From: Pyrodictium abyssi | GTDB lineage: Archaea > Thermoproteota > Thermoprotei_A > Sulfolobales > Pyrodictiaceae | Reading direction: 5' to 3' | Assembly: GCF_036323395.1 (NCBI RefSeq) | Contig: NZ_AP028907.1 | Location: 2,130,001-2,162,000 of the forward strand | Length of the DNA: 32,000 bases | Shown here: positions 1-12,650 of the stretch, in pieces | Layout: each line of letters begins with the position of its first letter | Position numbering within the stretch: position 1 is the stretch's first letter | Notes under the pieces: model-generated | Databases searched by the model: none | What the model was told of the DNA's origin: nothing | The model's input: only the letters and a program-made list of their open reading frames with translations | Translations under genes and position numbers: made by a program

Positions 1-19
1 CCGTAGTATATGGCTGTAT

Positions 20-226
20 CTAGGAGTAAAGGTCCCCGAATAGTAGAGAAGAAAGTATCTTTACGGACTCTTGCACTATGCCGTTTATGCTGCTGGCTGT
101 GTGTTTTCCGGCTATCCTCTTGATTACAGAGTCGATTGCTTCTACTGCCTTCTGAAGCTTGCTCGGTGGAAGAAGATGCGAGAGAGCCTCCCTTATACGC
201 TGCTGGTAGCCGATCTTCTTCGTCAA
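20..226 (-). CDS. hypothetical 68-aa protein, or the frameshifted C-terminal part of the upstream P-loop ATPase
   Basis: ORF track. The TTG start overlaps the ATPase stop as TTGA. The frame stays open upstream to about 286, across a G4A5 homopolymer run on the coding strand (266-274), so a fusion with 223..774 cannot be excluded. Confidence 0.3.
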   Translation of the reverse strand: MTKKIGYQQRIREALSHLLPPSKLQKAVEAIDSVIKRIAGKHTASSINGIVQESVKILSSLLFGDLYS

Positions 227-774
227 TAGAGCTTCGGATAGAGCTTCGACGGGTATAATGGGGTGTTTTTCCCCTGCAGGTAGCCGTCATAGGCCCTTAG
301 TAGGAGGTAGTCGATGAAGAGCGCTGCGAGCGCTGCGGCCAGCCTCGCGGCAGCAACATAGTCTGAGCCCTTAGCCTCCTGCACCAGGCACTCTTCAAGA
401 CCGTCCCTGGCATACGTAAATGTCTCGTAGGCTAGAAAGAGCGCTGCTTCCCAGCTACGCCTAGGATGTAGCAGCCTCGTCCTAAACAATAGCCTCCCGT
501 ACTTCGCCTCTATCAGGGCTTTCTCGCACCCATCGTTTACAAGCTCTCCGTAGCCCTGCAGCTGCTTCCGGACAACTATGCAGCCGATAGCATCGCCGGG
601 CTCTGCTAGCTGCAGCCTATGGACCGGCGCTGTAAACGCCACAGCAGCTGCCTCGAGGAGCGAAGACTTGCCAGCATTATTCCTCCCAGTGATTATCGTG
701 ATAGGGGCTAGCTCTAGCTCGGCCTCTTTCACGCCACGGAAGCACTTCACCCTTAGTAGCGGCCGCTCGGCCAA
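223..774 (-). CDS. P-loop ATPase with an SMC/RecF/OLD-like N-terminal head (AAA_15/AAA_21 type), short or truncated
   Basis: The N-terminus LRVKCFRGVKEAELELAPITIITGRNNAGKSSLLEA has the beta-strand plus Walker A (GxxxxGKS) layout of RecF/SMC-type ABC ATPases. I see no clear signature motif or Walker B in the 183 aa. Confidence 0.55.
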   Translation of the reverse strand: MAERPLLRVKCFRGVKEAELELAPITIITGRNNAGKSSLLEAAAVAFTAPVHRLQLAEPGDAIGCIVVRKQLQGYGELVNDGCEKALIEAKYGRLLFRTRLLHPRRSWEAALFLAYETFTYARDGLEECLVQEAKGSDYVAAARLAAALAALFIDYLLLRAYDGYLQGKNTPLYPSKLYPKLY

Positions 775-1159
775 GAGGCCAGACCCTCATTCCAACCATC
801 GCTAGGACAGTCATGACGCTATGGGGTATGCTGACTGCAGCCCCGTCCCTCCTCTTTGCGTGCCCAAGCTATTATCTCTGGTGATAATCGGTAGCCCCGT
901 ACGGTAGGGCACCCCATATACCAGTAGCACCGGGACAAGCGGTGGCTCGTCGCAGAGCTCCCTAGCCTCCTCCTCGTCTCCGTGACCGGAGCTGCTATGC
1001 TGCCAGTAAGCCCCAGGAGCTAGAGCTATAGAGGAATGAGGAGTGGAAGCACATCAAGCCAGGCGCTAGGCGGTGTCCAGGAAGAACGCGGAGAAACGGT
1101 AGCTGCATCGCTTGTAGCTCTGTCAGCGGCTGGGCAGCGAGCTGAAACAGCTGTTTTGG

Positions 1160-1573
1160 CTAGGGCGCCACTCTCAGCCATGGTACCCGTTTGAAGTCGT
1201 CGCCAAACGTGATTATAGCGTCTATCCCGTAGTGCCTGCACGTGGGCGCGATTACCGCGTCGCTTGGGAGCAAACGGTATCTCTCCATGACCTCGTAGAG
1301 TTCATCCTCTTCGTAGAAGTCGATAAGGATTCTAGTATCAGCCTCCGTACCAGCCTCCTTACCGCTTCAAGAACCATGGACGGGTAGCCGTGCTTCTTCA
1401 CCCATTTCCTCGCCGCATAGCCGCCGCGCACACCATGGTAGTGCTCCAGGTAGTGTAGCGTAGAAGTGTAGAGCATAGCTGTCCCGGTGCTCCTCTAGAA
1501 GACTGAGTGCCTCCTGGCTCCTCGGCGTCCTGTGCAGTATGTGGTAAAGGATATTGGTGTCAAGGAAGATCAA
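1160..1573 (-). pseudogene. vapC: VapC-type PIN-domain toxin disrupted by two frameshifts
   Basis: Hand translation gives three consecutive minus-strand frames that together read as one PIN domain: MIFLDTNILYHILHRTPRSQEALSLLEEHRDSYA / LYTSTLHYLEHYHGVRGGYAARKWVKKHGYPSMVLEAVRRLVRRL / ILIDFYEEDELYEVMERYRLLPSDAVIAPTCRHYGIDAIITFGDDFKRVPWLRVAP. The shifts lie near 1470 and 1335. Confidence 0.7.
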
Positions 1574-1767
1574 GCCCTCCAGACCTCGCCTCGTAGCGCC
1601 TCAGCTCCTCCTCGCTAGACTCGCCCAACACGCCGACAAGGTCCTTCAAGAGCTTACGGATGGGCTTCTCTATCTTCACAATGGCTTCCTCGCCTTCTCT
1701 CAGCCCGGGCTCCTCTAGGGGGCACAAGTACGCCCCTCTCGTAGCGCACCCGTATAGCTCTAGCCAC
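1560..1767 (-). pseudogene. DUF104-type (VapB-like) antitoxin disrupted by one frameshift
   Basis: A GTG at 1767 gives MARAIRVRYERGVLVP. After a C5 run on the coding strand (1718-1722) the sense continues in another frame as LEEPGLREGEEAIVKIEKPIRKLLKDLVGVLGESSEEELRRYEARSGGLDLP. This matches the RYE.GVL.PLE...L.EGEEV..I pattern typical of DUF104 antitoxins. The gene overlaps the vapC start. Confidence 0.5.
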
Positions 1768-1785
1768 GGCCCAGGGCACCCCAGA

Positions 1786-1800
1786 GTACTATAGGAGTAC
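1786..1800 (-). promoter_or_regulatory. inverted repeat GTACT-ATAGG-AGTAC containing a TATA-like core, about 20 nt upstream of the antitoxin start
   Basis: Read directly from the sequence. The position fits an autoregulated toxin-antitoxin (TA) promoter/operator. Confidence 0.3.
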
Positions 1801-1989
1801 CAAGAATAGCCTAAGTCGTTACTCCGGCTATCCAGCCTCCGCCCTGCGCGGCTACAAGAGTCTTCTCTGTGCCGCTGGTGCCCGCCCGGGGCGCCTCCTC
1901 TACAGGGTGCGCGCCTCCCCTGGGGCAGCTGGGCAGCACCACTGGACCGGCAGAGGCGCCTCCGGGGGCCTTGGCGCTCTCCCTGGCTG

Positions 1990-2952
1990 CTAGGGGATGA
2001 TGACGGCGCGGCCTACTAGGCGGCCGGCTAGTATGTTCTCGTAGGCCTGGTTCACCTCGTCGAGCCGGTATGTCTTGTAGAAGGGCCTGACTAGGCCCCG
2101 TGCTATGAGGCTGATTGCTGCCTCGTATTCTCTCCGGGTGTAGGCGGCGGAGCCGGTTATCCGCAATTCGCGCATAACTATCATCGCGGGCCTCACGAGC
2201 TCCAGCGGCTTGCCCTCGACGTTGCCTATGAGCACGAGCGTGCCCTGGGGCCGTAGGGCGCGGAGGCTCTCGTTGATAGTCGGCGCGCCTACTACCTCGA
2301 AGACGGCGTCCACCTTGGCTCCCAGCTCGCGGCTAAACTCCCGGGAGGTCAGCGGGTGTACCCCCAGCTCTTCGAGTACGCGCGCCTTCTCACGGCTACG
2401 CGTCGTGCCGTAGACCTCCACTCCGTGGCTCAAGAGGTACTGCACGCCGTGTATGCCTACGCCGCCGGCCGCGCCGGTGACGATCACCCGGTCGCCGGCC
2501 CCGACCCCGGCCACTCTGGCCGCGTGGATGAACGTGGCCACGCCGCAGGCGGCTGCGGCGTAGTCGGTGTACCGCGTGTCCGGCAGCTCTATGAGGTTCC
2601 ACCGGGGCACGTAGACCTGCTCCGCGTAGCCCCCGGGCACAGTCTCTCCTAGGATGGCGTAGTCCCGGCAGAGGTTCTCGCGGCCAGGCATCCGCTCGCG
2701 GCACTCTTCGCCGACGATTGCCGGGAACACGGCTACGGGCTTGCCATCGTACTCGCCGAATACCTCGTGGCCCAGGACCAGCGGCGGCCGGAGGTTACGG
2801 AACCCGCCACGCCAGACCACGACGTCGCGGCCGCAGACCCCGACAGCGCGGACCCGGACCCCGATCCAGCCCCCGGGCGGCTCGTAGCTGTACTCCTCGA
2901 TGCTGAAGGGCCTGCCGAACCCGCGTAGGACAGCGGCACGGTACACGGCCAC
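1990..2952 (-). CDS. zinc-type alcohol dehydrogenase / MDR-family oxidoreductase
   Basis: 320 aa with GVCGRD...GHE Zn-ligand motifs and a GAAGGVG Rossmann motif. GTG start. An AT-rich box TAATTAATGATA lies about 40 nt upstream. Confidence 0.9.
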   Translation of the reverse strand: MAVYRAAVLRGFGRPFSIEEYSYEPPGGWIGVRVRAVGVCGRDVVVWRGGFRNLRPPLVLGHEVFGEYDGKPVAVFPAIVGEECRERMPGRENLCRDYAILGETVPGGYAEQVYVPRWNLIELPDTRYTDYAAAACGVATFIHAARVAGVGAGDRVIVTGAAGGVGIHGVQYLLSHGVEVYGTTRSREKARVLEELGVHPLTSREFSRELGAKVDAVFEVVGAPTINESLRALRPQGTLVLIGNVEGKPLELVRPAMIVMRELRITGSAAYTRREYEAAISLIARGLVRPFYKTYRLDEVNQAYENILAGRLVGRAVIIP

Positions 2953-3200
2953 GCGCCTTGCACCTGGCTGTACAGCTATGCACCATCCTGTAATTAATGA
3001 TACTTGGCTACTCCTTAGCGGCCGGTTTTCGCGGCTACATGCATCGCGTTGTCCCGGATGCTCCCTCTACGCGCTGCAGCCGACGGCATCTTTATCTAGG
3101 GCTAGGCTTGGCAGATTAGGCAGAGCCGTCTTGAGGACATAATCTCTCCCGTCTCCGTATCTTGTCCTCATTTGTTGTAGCCGGGTTAGGTGGCGGCTGT

Positions 3201-4067
3201 ATGGCGGGTCTGAGGAGTGCGAGGGTAACCGTCCTGGTGGAGAACTCCACGGTGTTCATCGACGGGCGTATCGCGGAGTACGGGCTCTCTATGCTGGTTG
3301 AGGCGACGCTAGACAACGGCGACAGTGTGCTGGTGCTCCTCGACACGGGGCAGACGGGGCGGCCGCTCCTCCACAACCTCGAGGCGGAGGGGGTGAAGCC
3401 TAGCGAGATAGACTACCTGGTCCTGAGCCACCGGCATAGCGACCATACGGGCGGGCTGAAGGCGTTCCTGGAGGCTCGAAGGGGCAAGCCCATACCCGTC
3501 ATAGCGCATCCCGGCCTGTTCGAGCCGAGCGTGGCCGTGGTGGACGGGGTGCTCTACGAGATAGGCATGCCCATTACGCGTAACGAGGCCGAGTCCCTGG
3601 GAGCCAGGTTCGTCTTAACGAGGGAGCCTCTCCAGATAGTCCCAGGGGTCTGGTTTAGCGGCGAAGTGCCGAGCCGCTGGGGGCCGAGGCACACGAAGCT
3701 GGTATACCGCATAGAGGATGGTAGGCTTGTCGAGGACGAGATGCGTGACGATGCGTTCCTAGCGTTGTCGGTAGGCCGTGAGACGTACGTTATAACCGGC
3801 TGTGGCCACGCTGGCGTGGAGAACATACTGGGCTACGCGTCCGAGATCACAGGGAACCCCGTGGCAGGCCTAATCGGGGGCCTCCACCTGTTCGGCGTAT
3901 CAGGCGAGCGCGTGGAGGAGATAATAGAGGCTCTCCGGAAGCACCCGCTGAAGATACTTGCGGGGATGCACTGCACAGGGCCGTTCATACAGGAGAGGCT
4001 GCGGAGAGAGTTCCCCCAGGCGTACCGGCTCATGGCCACGGGGAGCAGGGCGAGGCTTCCGCCCTAG
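3201..4067 (+). CDS. MBL-fold metallo-hydrolase, COG1237 type
   Basis: LVLSHRHSDHTGGL (HxHxDH) motif and the layout VLLDTGQ...IDYLVLSH. I chose the ATG at 3201 (MAGLRSARVTVLVEN) rather than the TTG at 3162. Confidence 0.8.
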   Translation: MAGLRSARVTVLVENSTVFIDGRIAEYGLSMLVEATLDNGDSVLVLLDTGQTGRPLLHNLEAEGVKPSEIDYLVLSHRHSDHTGGLKAFLEARRGKPIPVIAHPGLFEPSVAVVDGVLYEIGMPITRNEAESLGARFVLTREPLQIVPGVWFSGEVPSRWGPRHTKLVYRIEDGRLVEDEMRDDAFLALSVGRETYVITGCGHAGVENILGYASEITGNPVAGLIGGLHLFGVSGERVEEIIEALRKHPLKILAGMHCTGPFIQERLRREFPQAYRLMATGSRARLPP

Positions 4068-4573
4068 CTGCGGCGCCTCTTCACCCTCCGGAGTGGTGTG
4101 CCGCATACTGGGCAGACTCTTTCGCCGGGCCGGCGGGATGCGTAGCCGCAGGCGGGGCACTGGACGCGGTAGCTCTCTACCCGGGTTATGCCGCGTGTGC
4201 GTAGCGGCATGTACTCCAGGCCTAGCCTGGCTACGAGGTTCTGCAGCGCGTAGTCGTCGGTGACCACCACGACGCGGTGGCCCTGCCTCTGGAGATCGAG
4301 GGCGAGCGCTGCTACGCTGAGGTCCGTCCTGCTGAGGGACGTGTGGAGCCCGGCCCGGGCTGCCTCCCGGGCGGCGCGCTTCAGCGCCTCGGGGCTGGGG
4401 TCGCGCACCTCTAGCCTGCCGAGGCCTAGGGCTAGCTCTAGGCCCTCGCGGCTAGCCTGGTCGCGCACCTCCTCTACGACCAGGCTCGTGGTGTAGGCCC
4501 GGGCCGCGCCCGGGGTGTAGAGGAGCCACCGGGCTATGAACGCGGTCGTGTCTAGGACGTAGACGGGCTCCAT
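4064..4573 (-). CDS. nob1: Nob1-like endonuclease (PIN domain plus C-terminal zinc ribbon)
   Basis: N-terminal VLDTTAFI PIN start, VVTDDYALQNLVARLGL, and C-terminal CPACG...CPVCG. Confidence 0.85.
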   Translation of the reverse strand: MEPVYVLDTTAFIARWLLYTPGAARAYTTSLVVEEVRDQASREGLELALGLGRLEVRDPSPEALKRAAREAARAGLHTSLSRTDLSVAALALDLQRQGHRVVVVTDDYALQNLVARLGLEYMPLRTRGITRVESYRVQCPACGYASRRPGERVCPVCGTPLRRVKRRRS

Positions 4574-5379
4574 GGCAGCCTCAGCAGCCCCCGCCCACGG
4601 TACCGTGCTATGCGGACCGGTGGCCCGCGGAGCACAGCCTCGACGACGGCCCCGCGGGCGAGGAGGTGCTCCCGCACGCCGTCTATGATTAGCTTCACCG
4701 GCCGGGTTGTGCGCTCCACCCTCACCCTGACCCTGGCGCCGCCGGGGACTACTATGCTGCCCATTCTCCGGTCGACCGGGTTGACCGGGGTCACCACTAC
4801 CGCGTCGAGCCCGGGGTGTACCACGGAGCCCCCAGCGCTGTAGCTGTAGGCGGTGCTCCCCGTGGGCGTTGCTACTATCAGCCCGTCGCCCTCCAGGCCC
4901 TCGTAGAGCAGTGTGCCGTCCTCGAGCTCGACTCGTAGCCCGGCCACCTTGGAGCCGAGGGCTAGCACTGCTGCCTCGTTCAGTGCGTAAGCCTCTACCC
5001 CGCGCGCGTGGACGCTGAGCCTCTTGTGCTCCTCCACGGTGTAGCGGTCCTCGACGAAGTCCCGTAGCCTCTCCATGGCCTCGCCTGGGGGCTCGTCGAA
5101 GAGGAAGGCCCGGCGCCCCAGGCGTACAAGGTGGAGCACCGGGCTACGGGCGCCGAGGAGCTGTAGCAGGCGTAGCAGGGTACCGTCCCCGCCTATGACC
5201 ACGACGCCCTCCACGTGGTCGAAACGCAGGTCTACGGCCGGCCCTCCGAGGAGCCCGGCTATAGAGGAGTCGTATGCTGGCTCGGCGCCGGCCTCGCGGA
5301 GGCGGCGGTAAGCCTCTCTAGCCAGCTCTAGCGCCTCCCTGCGGTCGGGCCTGGCGTATATGGCGACGAGCCGCGGCAT
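4552..5379 (-). CDS. nadK: NAD kinase
   Basis: GGDGTLL motif and ATPTGSTAYSYSAGG motif. The start was re-called to the ATG at 5379 (MPRLVAIYARP); the 81 upstream residues in the ORF track are Ser/Arg-rich and look non-coding. Confidence 0.9.
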   Translation of the reverse strand: MPRLVAIYARPDRREALELAREAYRRLREAGAEPAYDSSIAGLLGGPAVDLRFDHVEGVVVIGGDGTLLRLLQLLGARSPVLHLVRLGRRAFLFDEPPGEAMERLRDFVEDRYTVEEHKRLSVHARGVEAYALNEAAVLALGSKVAGLRVELEDGTLLYEGLEGDGLIVATPTGSTAYSYSAGGSVVHPGLDAVVVTPVNPVDRRMGSIVVPGGARVRVRVERTTRPVKLIIDGVREHLLARGAVVEAVLRGPPVRIARYRGRGLLRLPWSPSTS

Positions 5380-6289
5380 GGATAGGTCACCGGTCCCCTG
5401 CCTATGTATTGTCACTGGTCGGCGCTGCGGCGAGGCAGCGCGTAGGCTGCTCCGCGACAGCCAGCTTGCAGCAGGGCAGAGGCGGCCGGTTAAACAGTAC
5501 TGCACGCGCCAGGAGCTCCCAGTGTTCACAGCCGAGGCCGGGGCCAGCGAGCTGAAGCAGGTACGCGACCAGCTGCTAGCCGTCTGCGGCGGCCTCGTAG
5601 AGGTGGTCGAGGGCCTCTGCATGGCCCGGGAGCAGCGGCGCCCGCCCGTCTCCTACGTGATAGTGGGCCGCGTGGCTATAGTCTCGCTCGACGAGCGGCT
5701 GGCCGGCCGCGAGAGGGAGGTCGCCGAGGAGCTGCTCCGCACAGTCCCGGGGATAGCAGCGGTCTACGGCAAGGAGGCCACGGTGGGCGAGTACCGGGCC
5801 CAGAAGCTGGTACACCTCGCCGGCGAGCGGCTCCAGGAGACGATACACGTGGAGCACGGACTGCGTATACCGGTGCCGCTCGGCCGCGTCTACATAAACC
5901 CTAGGCTGGCCACGGAGCACCGCCGTGTAGCCGAGATGATAACTGGGGACGACGTGGTCCTCGACATGTTCAGCGGGGTGGGCGGCTTCAGCCTAGTAGC
6001 CTCTGCGCTGGGCCGCGGCCGGCTAATAGTGGCTAACGACGCCAACCCCTGGGCGGTCGCGAGCCTCCTACGCGCCATGGAGATGAACAAGTCGAAGCTG
6101 AAGACCCCGATAGTAGCGGTGTGCTCCGATGCGCGGCGGCTGCCAGAGCTACTCAGCCCAGTGTTCACGAGGATAATCATGAACCTGCCCCACAGCGCCG
6201 TCGAGTTCATCCCGGTGGCCAGGCGGCTCTGCAGCCCCCGGGGATGCGTGCTACACGTCTACACAGTGGCCTCGTCGCCCGAGGAGGCT

Positions 6290-7576
<1,287 letters not shown>

Positions 7577-7588
7577 AGCCCCCGGGGG

Positions 7589-8641
7589 CTAGCGGCGTAG
7601 CCACGCATCAAGCCCCATCTGGCGGCCCCTGAAGTGCTCCCTGTACGCTTTCTTCAGCCTCTCCAGCGCGTTCTTGACGCGGTCTGGGCTGAAGTCGTGC
7701 TCCTCTACGAGTATCTCGTAGACCTTCTTCTCGTCGGGCTCCCTCCACTCGAGCTTGTAGTCGCTCGTAGCCGGCGGGTTGAGGAAATACTCGTAGATCT
7801 TCAGCGGGTCCACCTGGAGCTCGTGCCGGGGGAGCCCCTGGAGCAGTTTAACCGGGTCGCGGTGCGCCTTGACCATCTTGAGCGCTGTCTTCGGGCCTAT
7901 GCCCTTAATCCCGTCGGGGTTGTAATCCGTGCCTATGAGTATGCCAAGGGCTATCAGCTGCTCCCTGGTTATCCCTAGGAGCTTCAGCAGCTTATCGAGC
8001 TCTATTAGCTCGGGCTTGACCTCCACGTAGACGTTCTTCCGGGGTAGCTTACGCCGCCCAGTGATGGCTAGGTTTCTCACTAGCCGGGGGGAGCCGAATA
8101 GGAGCGAGTCGTAGTCCTGGCTCGCAGCCGCCCACGCGTCGCCCCGGCGCGCCATGAAGGCTGCCTGGGCCTCGCCCTCGGCCGGGGCCTGGACGTAGGG
8201 GATACCCATAGCGTCTAGCAGCCGCTTAGCATCCCGTACCATCTCGTCGGTGAGCCTCGCAGCCATCTGGGCGTAGCGTCTTGCAGCCTCCTGGTCGCCC
8301 CTCTTGACGGCCTCCTCGTACTTCTTGACAGCCTCGGCTTTCACCTGCTTCCTCCGCTCTATCTCCATGTACTTCATCTCGGGAGGCTTACCGTCAAAGA
8401 CGTATACCACCTTTATCCCGTGCTCTGCGAGGTTTATGGTGCGGTAGAAGAGCCCGCTAAGATGGCTAGTAACCCGGCCCCGCGAGTCCATCAACGGGGT
8501 GCCGTCGGGCTGCCGTATAGCGGTAAGGAACTGGTAGAGCGCGTTGTAAGCATCTATAGCTACAACCTTGTATCGTAGAGCCGCCAGGTCTATCTCGGCC
8601 ACCGCTTCGGGCGGTATGATTTCGCGGAGATTGACACCCAC
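7589..8641 (-). CDS. fen: flap endonuclease FEN-1
   Basis: 350 aa. [13 protein letters not shown]...[23 protein letters not shown]...[19 protein letters not shown] is a full-length XPG-N/XPG-I architecture. Confidence 0.97.
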   Translation of the reverse strand: MGVNLREIIPPEAVAEIDLAALRYKVVAIDAYNALYQFLTAIRQPDGTPLMDSRGRVTSHLSGLFYRTINLAEHGIKVVYVFDGKPPEMKYMEIERRKQVKAEAVKKYEEAVKRGDQEAARRYAQMAARLTDEMVRDAKRLLDAMGIPYVQAPAEGEAQAAFMARRGDAWAAASQDYDSLLFGSPRLVRNLAITGRRKLPRKNVYVEVKPELIELDKLLKLLGITREQLIALGILIGTDYNPDGIKGIGPKTALKMVKAHRDPVKLLQGLPRHELQVDPLKIYEYFLNPPATSDYKLEWREPDEKKVYEILVEEHDFSPDRVKNALERLKKAYREHFRGRQMGLDAWLRR

Positions 8642-8685
8642 GGCTCTCCTGCCCCAGAGGATAGGGAGGGCGCTGAGGGCCAGCG

Positions 8686-8922
8686 TTAAGGTTTCCTAAG
8701 TAGTTCTACGTTCCGTAGATTCTCCCGGAGAACCGAGACGTAGACTAGGCCCTGCATCTCCAGCTTCATGAGGGCGTGGAGGAACTCCGAGAAAGTCACC
8801 TCCATACGGCTCCTCACTGCGCGGTAGAGCTCCACGTCCTTAGCGCTACCGCCTCTCCTCTCAAGCTCCTCTATTATCGCGTAGTGGAGGGGTATACTCC
8901 TCCAAGCATCCTGACCTGCCAT
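8686..8922 (-). CDS. small conserved hypothetical protein, possibly a winged helix
   Basis: ORF with ATG at 8922 ([25 protein letters not shown]...). A GTG at 8961 is an alternative start. No family recognised. Confidence 0.4.
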   Translation of the reverse strand: MAGQDAWRSIPLHYAIIEELERRGGSAKDVELYRAVRSRMEVTFSEFLHALMKLEMQGLVYVSVLRENLRNVELLRKP

Positions 8923-9098
8923 AGGGGCGGCCACCTCCCAGCATGGAGTCGGGCTAGACACGTGGGGCTATCAGGCGCCTAGAGGGACGCATGCACTCCT
9001 AGCGCAGGGCTAGCCTGGGGGCAAGGCTTCCCGCGGATTCGGTGCGTCAAAAGAGAGGGGGTATAGACAAGGGCCCGGGGGCGCGGGTTTGCCCCGCG

Positions 9099-11462
<2,364 letters not shown>

Positions 11463-11586
11463 CTAAGACCCGTTTATTTGGCTAGCTGTATAGTGGCAGG
11501 AAGGGTAGCTATCCCTCACCACTTGTCGCTGGGCAAAAACGCGGGTCAGCGGCTGGCACGCGTGCGGGGGAACCGGGGCTAGCCCA

Positions 11587-11865
11587 CTAGTAGCTGGATA
11601 CCCTGTGGACGGCCTCTATCTCTATCTCCTCTACTCCCTCGACGTTCTGCAGCATCTCCTCGAGCTTGGAGGTGCCTCCCTCGCTCTCCTCGGGTATCAG
11701 TATGTAGAGCTTTAGCGCGTTTAGGCCGAAGGCTATCGGCACCTTGTCGTAGCGTGTTATCTCGTAGTTCTCTGGGAGCTTCTCCTTTATCTTGGCTACT
11801 AGGTCGTCTAGGTTTATGTCGGTGCTAGAAGGGTACACGGACGCGACCACAAGTACCTTGGCCAC
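11587..11865 (-). CDS. ef1b: translation elongation factor aEF-1 beta
   Basis: 92 aa. VLVVASVYPSSTDINLDDLVAKIKEKLPE...IAFGLNALKLYILIPE...VEEIEIEAVHRV. Confidence 0.9.
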   Translation of the reverse strand: MAKVLVVASVYPSSTDINLDDLVAKIKEKLPENYEITRYDKVPIAFGLNALKLYILIPEESEGGTSKLEEMLQNVEGVEEIEIEAVHRVSSY

Positions 11866-11952
11866 GAGGCTGCACCTCTACCCGGCTAGTAGCGCGTGTC
11901 GGCCAGGCTCTCGGGTCTCCTGCTAAAAACGTCTAGCCCACGGGGCTGCCCT

Positions 11953-12168
11953 CTAGGGGCCCTCGAAGCCGCACTTGGGGCAGCGGTAGGACACGCCCAT
12001 CTTACGGCAGCTCGAGCAGCGCCAGATGACTACCTCGCCGCAGTTCGGACAGAGGAACGCCACGCCCTTCTCCCAGGGCGTTATGGGCCTGTTGCAGCTA
12101 GTGCATATCGGGACCTTGGTAGCCTCTACTATGCTGGGCTTCCTCGCGACCTCGAGGCTCAGCGCCAC
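11953..12168 (-). CDS. zinc-ribbon protein (COG2888 type) co-transcribed with aEF-1 beta
   Basis: Cys pairs CTSC, CPNC, CSSC and CPKC. It sits immediately upstream of ef1b, as is typical in archaea. Confidence 0.8.
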   Translation of the reverse strand: MALSLEVARKPSIVEATKVPICTSCNRPITPWEKGVAFLCPNCGEVVIWRCSSCRKMGVSYRCPKCGFEGP

Positions 12169-12210
12169 GGCCTGGTAGCACCCCCGGTGGTGCCCGGGGC
12201 AGTAGGCCAG

Positions 12211-12224
12211 CTAATTATTATCTT
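12211..12224. promoter_or_regulatory. AT-rich box CTAATTATTATCTT between the divergent Zn-ribbon/ef1b and pth2 genes (candidate shared TATA region)
   Basis: It is the only AT-rich stretch in the 85-bp divergent spacer, about 30-45 nt from both start codons. Confidence 0.4.
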
Positions 12225-12253
12225 GCGGCCCTCTGTGGCGCTGGGCTATACTA

Positions 12254-12643
12254 GTGGAGGGTATGACCCGGGCCATGCAGGAGTATAAGCAGGTCATAGC
12301 CGTCCGCACCGACATAAAGATGAGCAAGGGCAAGCTCGCAGCCCAGGTAGCCCACGCAGCCGTGGAGGCGGTCTTCCTCATACTCGACTCCGGCCACCCC
12401 GAGTGGAGCCGCTGGCTCCGCGAGTGGAGGAGCCAGGGCCAGAAGAAGGTGGTGGTCAAGGTCCAGAGCGAGCAGGAGCTCCTTCAGGTCTACCAGGAGG
12501 CCCGCCGCCTAGGGCTACCAGCCTCGCTGATAACCGATGCTGGTCACACCGAGCTGCCGCCCGGCACCCGGACCACCGTCGGCGTCGGCCCCGCGCCCAG
12601 CCAGCTCGTGGACCGCGTCACGGGCCGGCTCAAGCTCCTCTAG
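12254..12643 (+). CDS. pth2: peptidyl-tRNA hydrolase, archaeal Pth2 type
   Basis: KQVIAVRTDIKMSKGKLAAQVAHAAV and the C-terminal TVGVGP. The start could be GTG 12254, ATG 12263 or ATG 12275. Confidence 0.93.
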   Translation: MEGMTRAMQEYKQVIAVRTDIKMSKGKLAAQVAHAAVEAVFLILDSGHPEWSRWLREWRSQGQKKVVVKVQSEQELLQVYQEARRLGLPASLITDAGHTELPPGTRTTVGVGPAPSQLVDRVTGRLKLL

Positions 12644-12650
12644 AGCAGCC

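Noticed and set aside
1993-2003. Box-C-like (A/G)TGATGA words inside coding regions (about 1996, 7092, 11093 and 26101; minus strand about 20572)
   Set aside because: All lie inside well-supported CDSs or in the sqr 5' leader. None has a CTGA box at a plausible distance or a terminal stem.
4552-5622. Long N-terminal extensions in the ORF track for NAD kinase; the same applies to 5360.., 6497.., 12537.., 3162.., 9099..11384 and 20719..21366
   Set aside because: The extensions are compositionally non-protein-like or overlap the neighbouring gene. Conserved family N-termini begin at internal ATG or GTG codons, so I re-called the starts.
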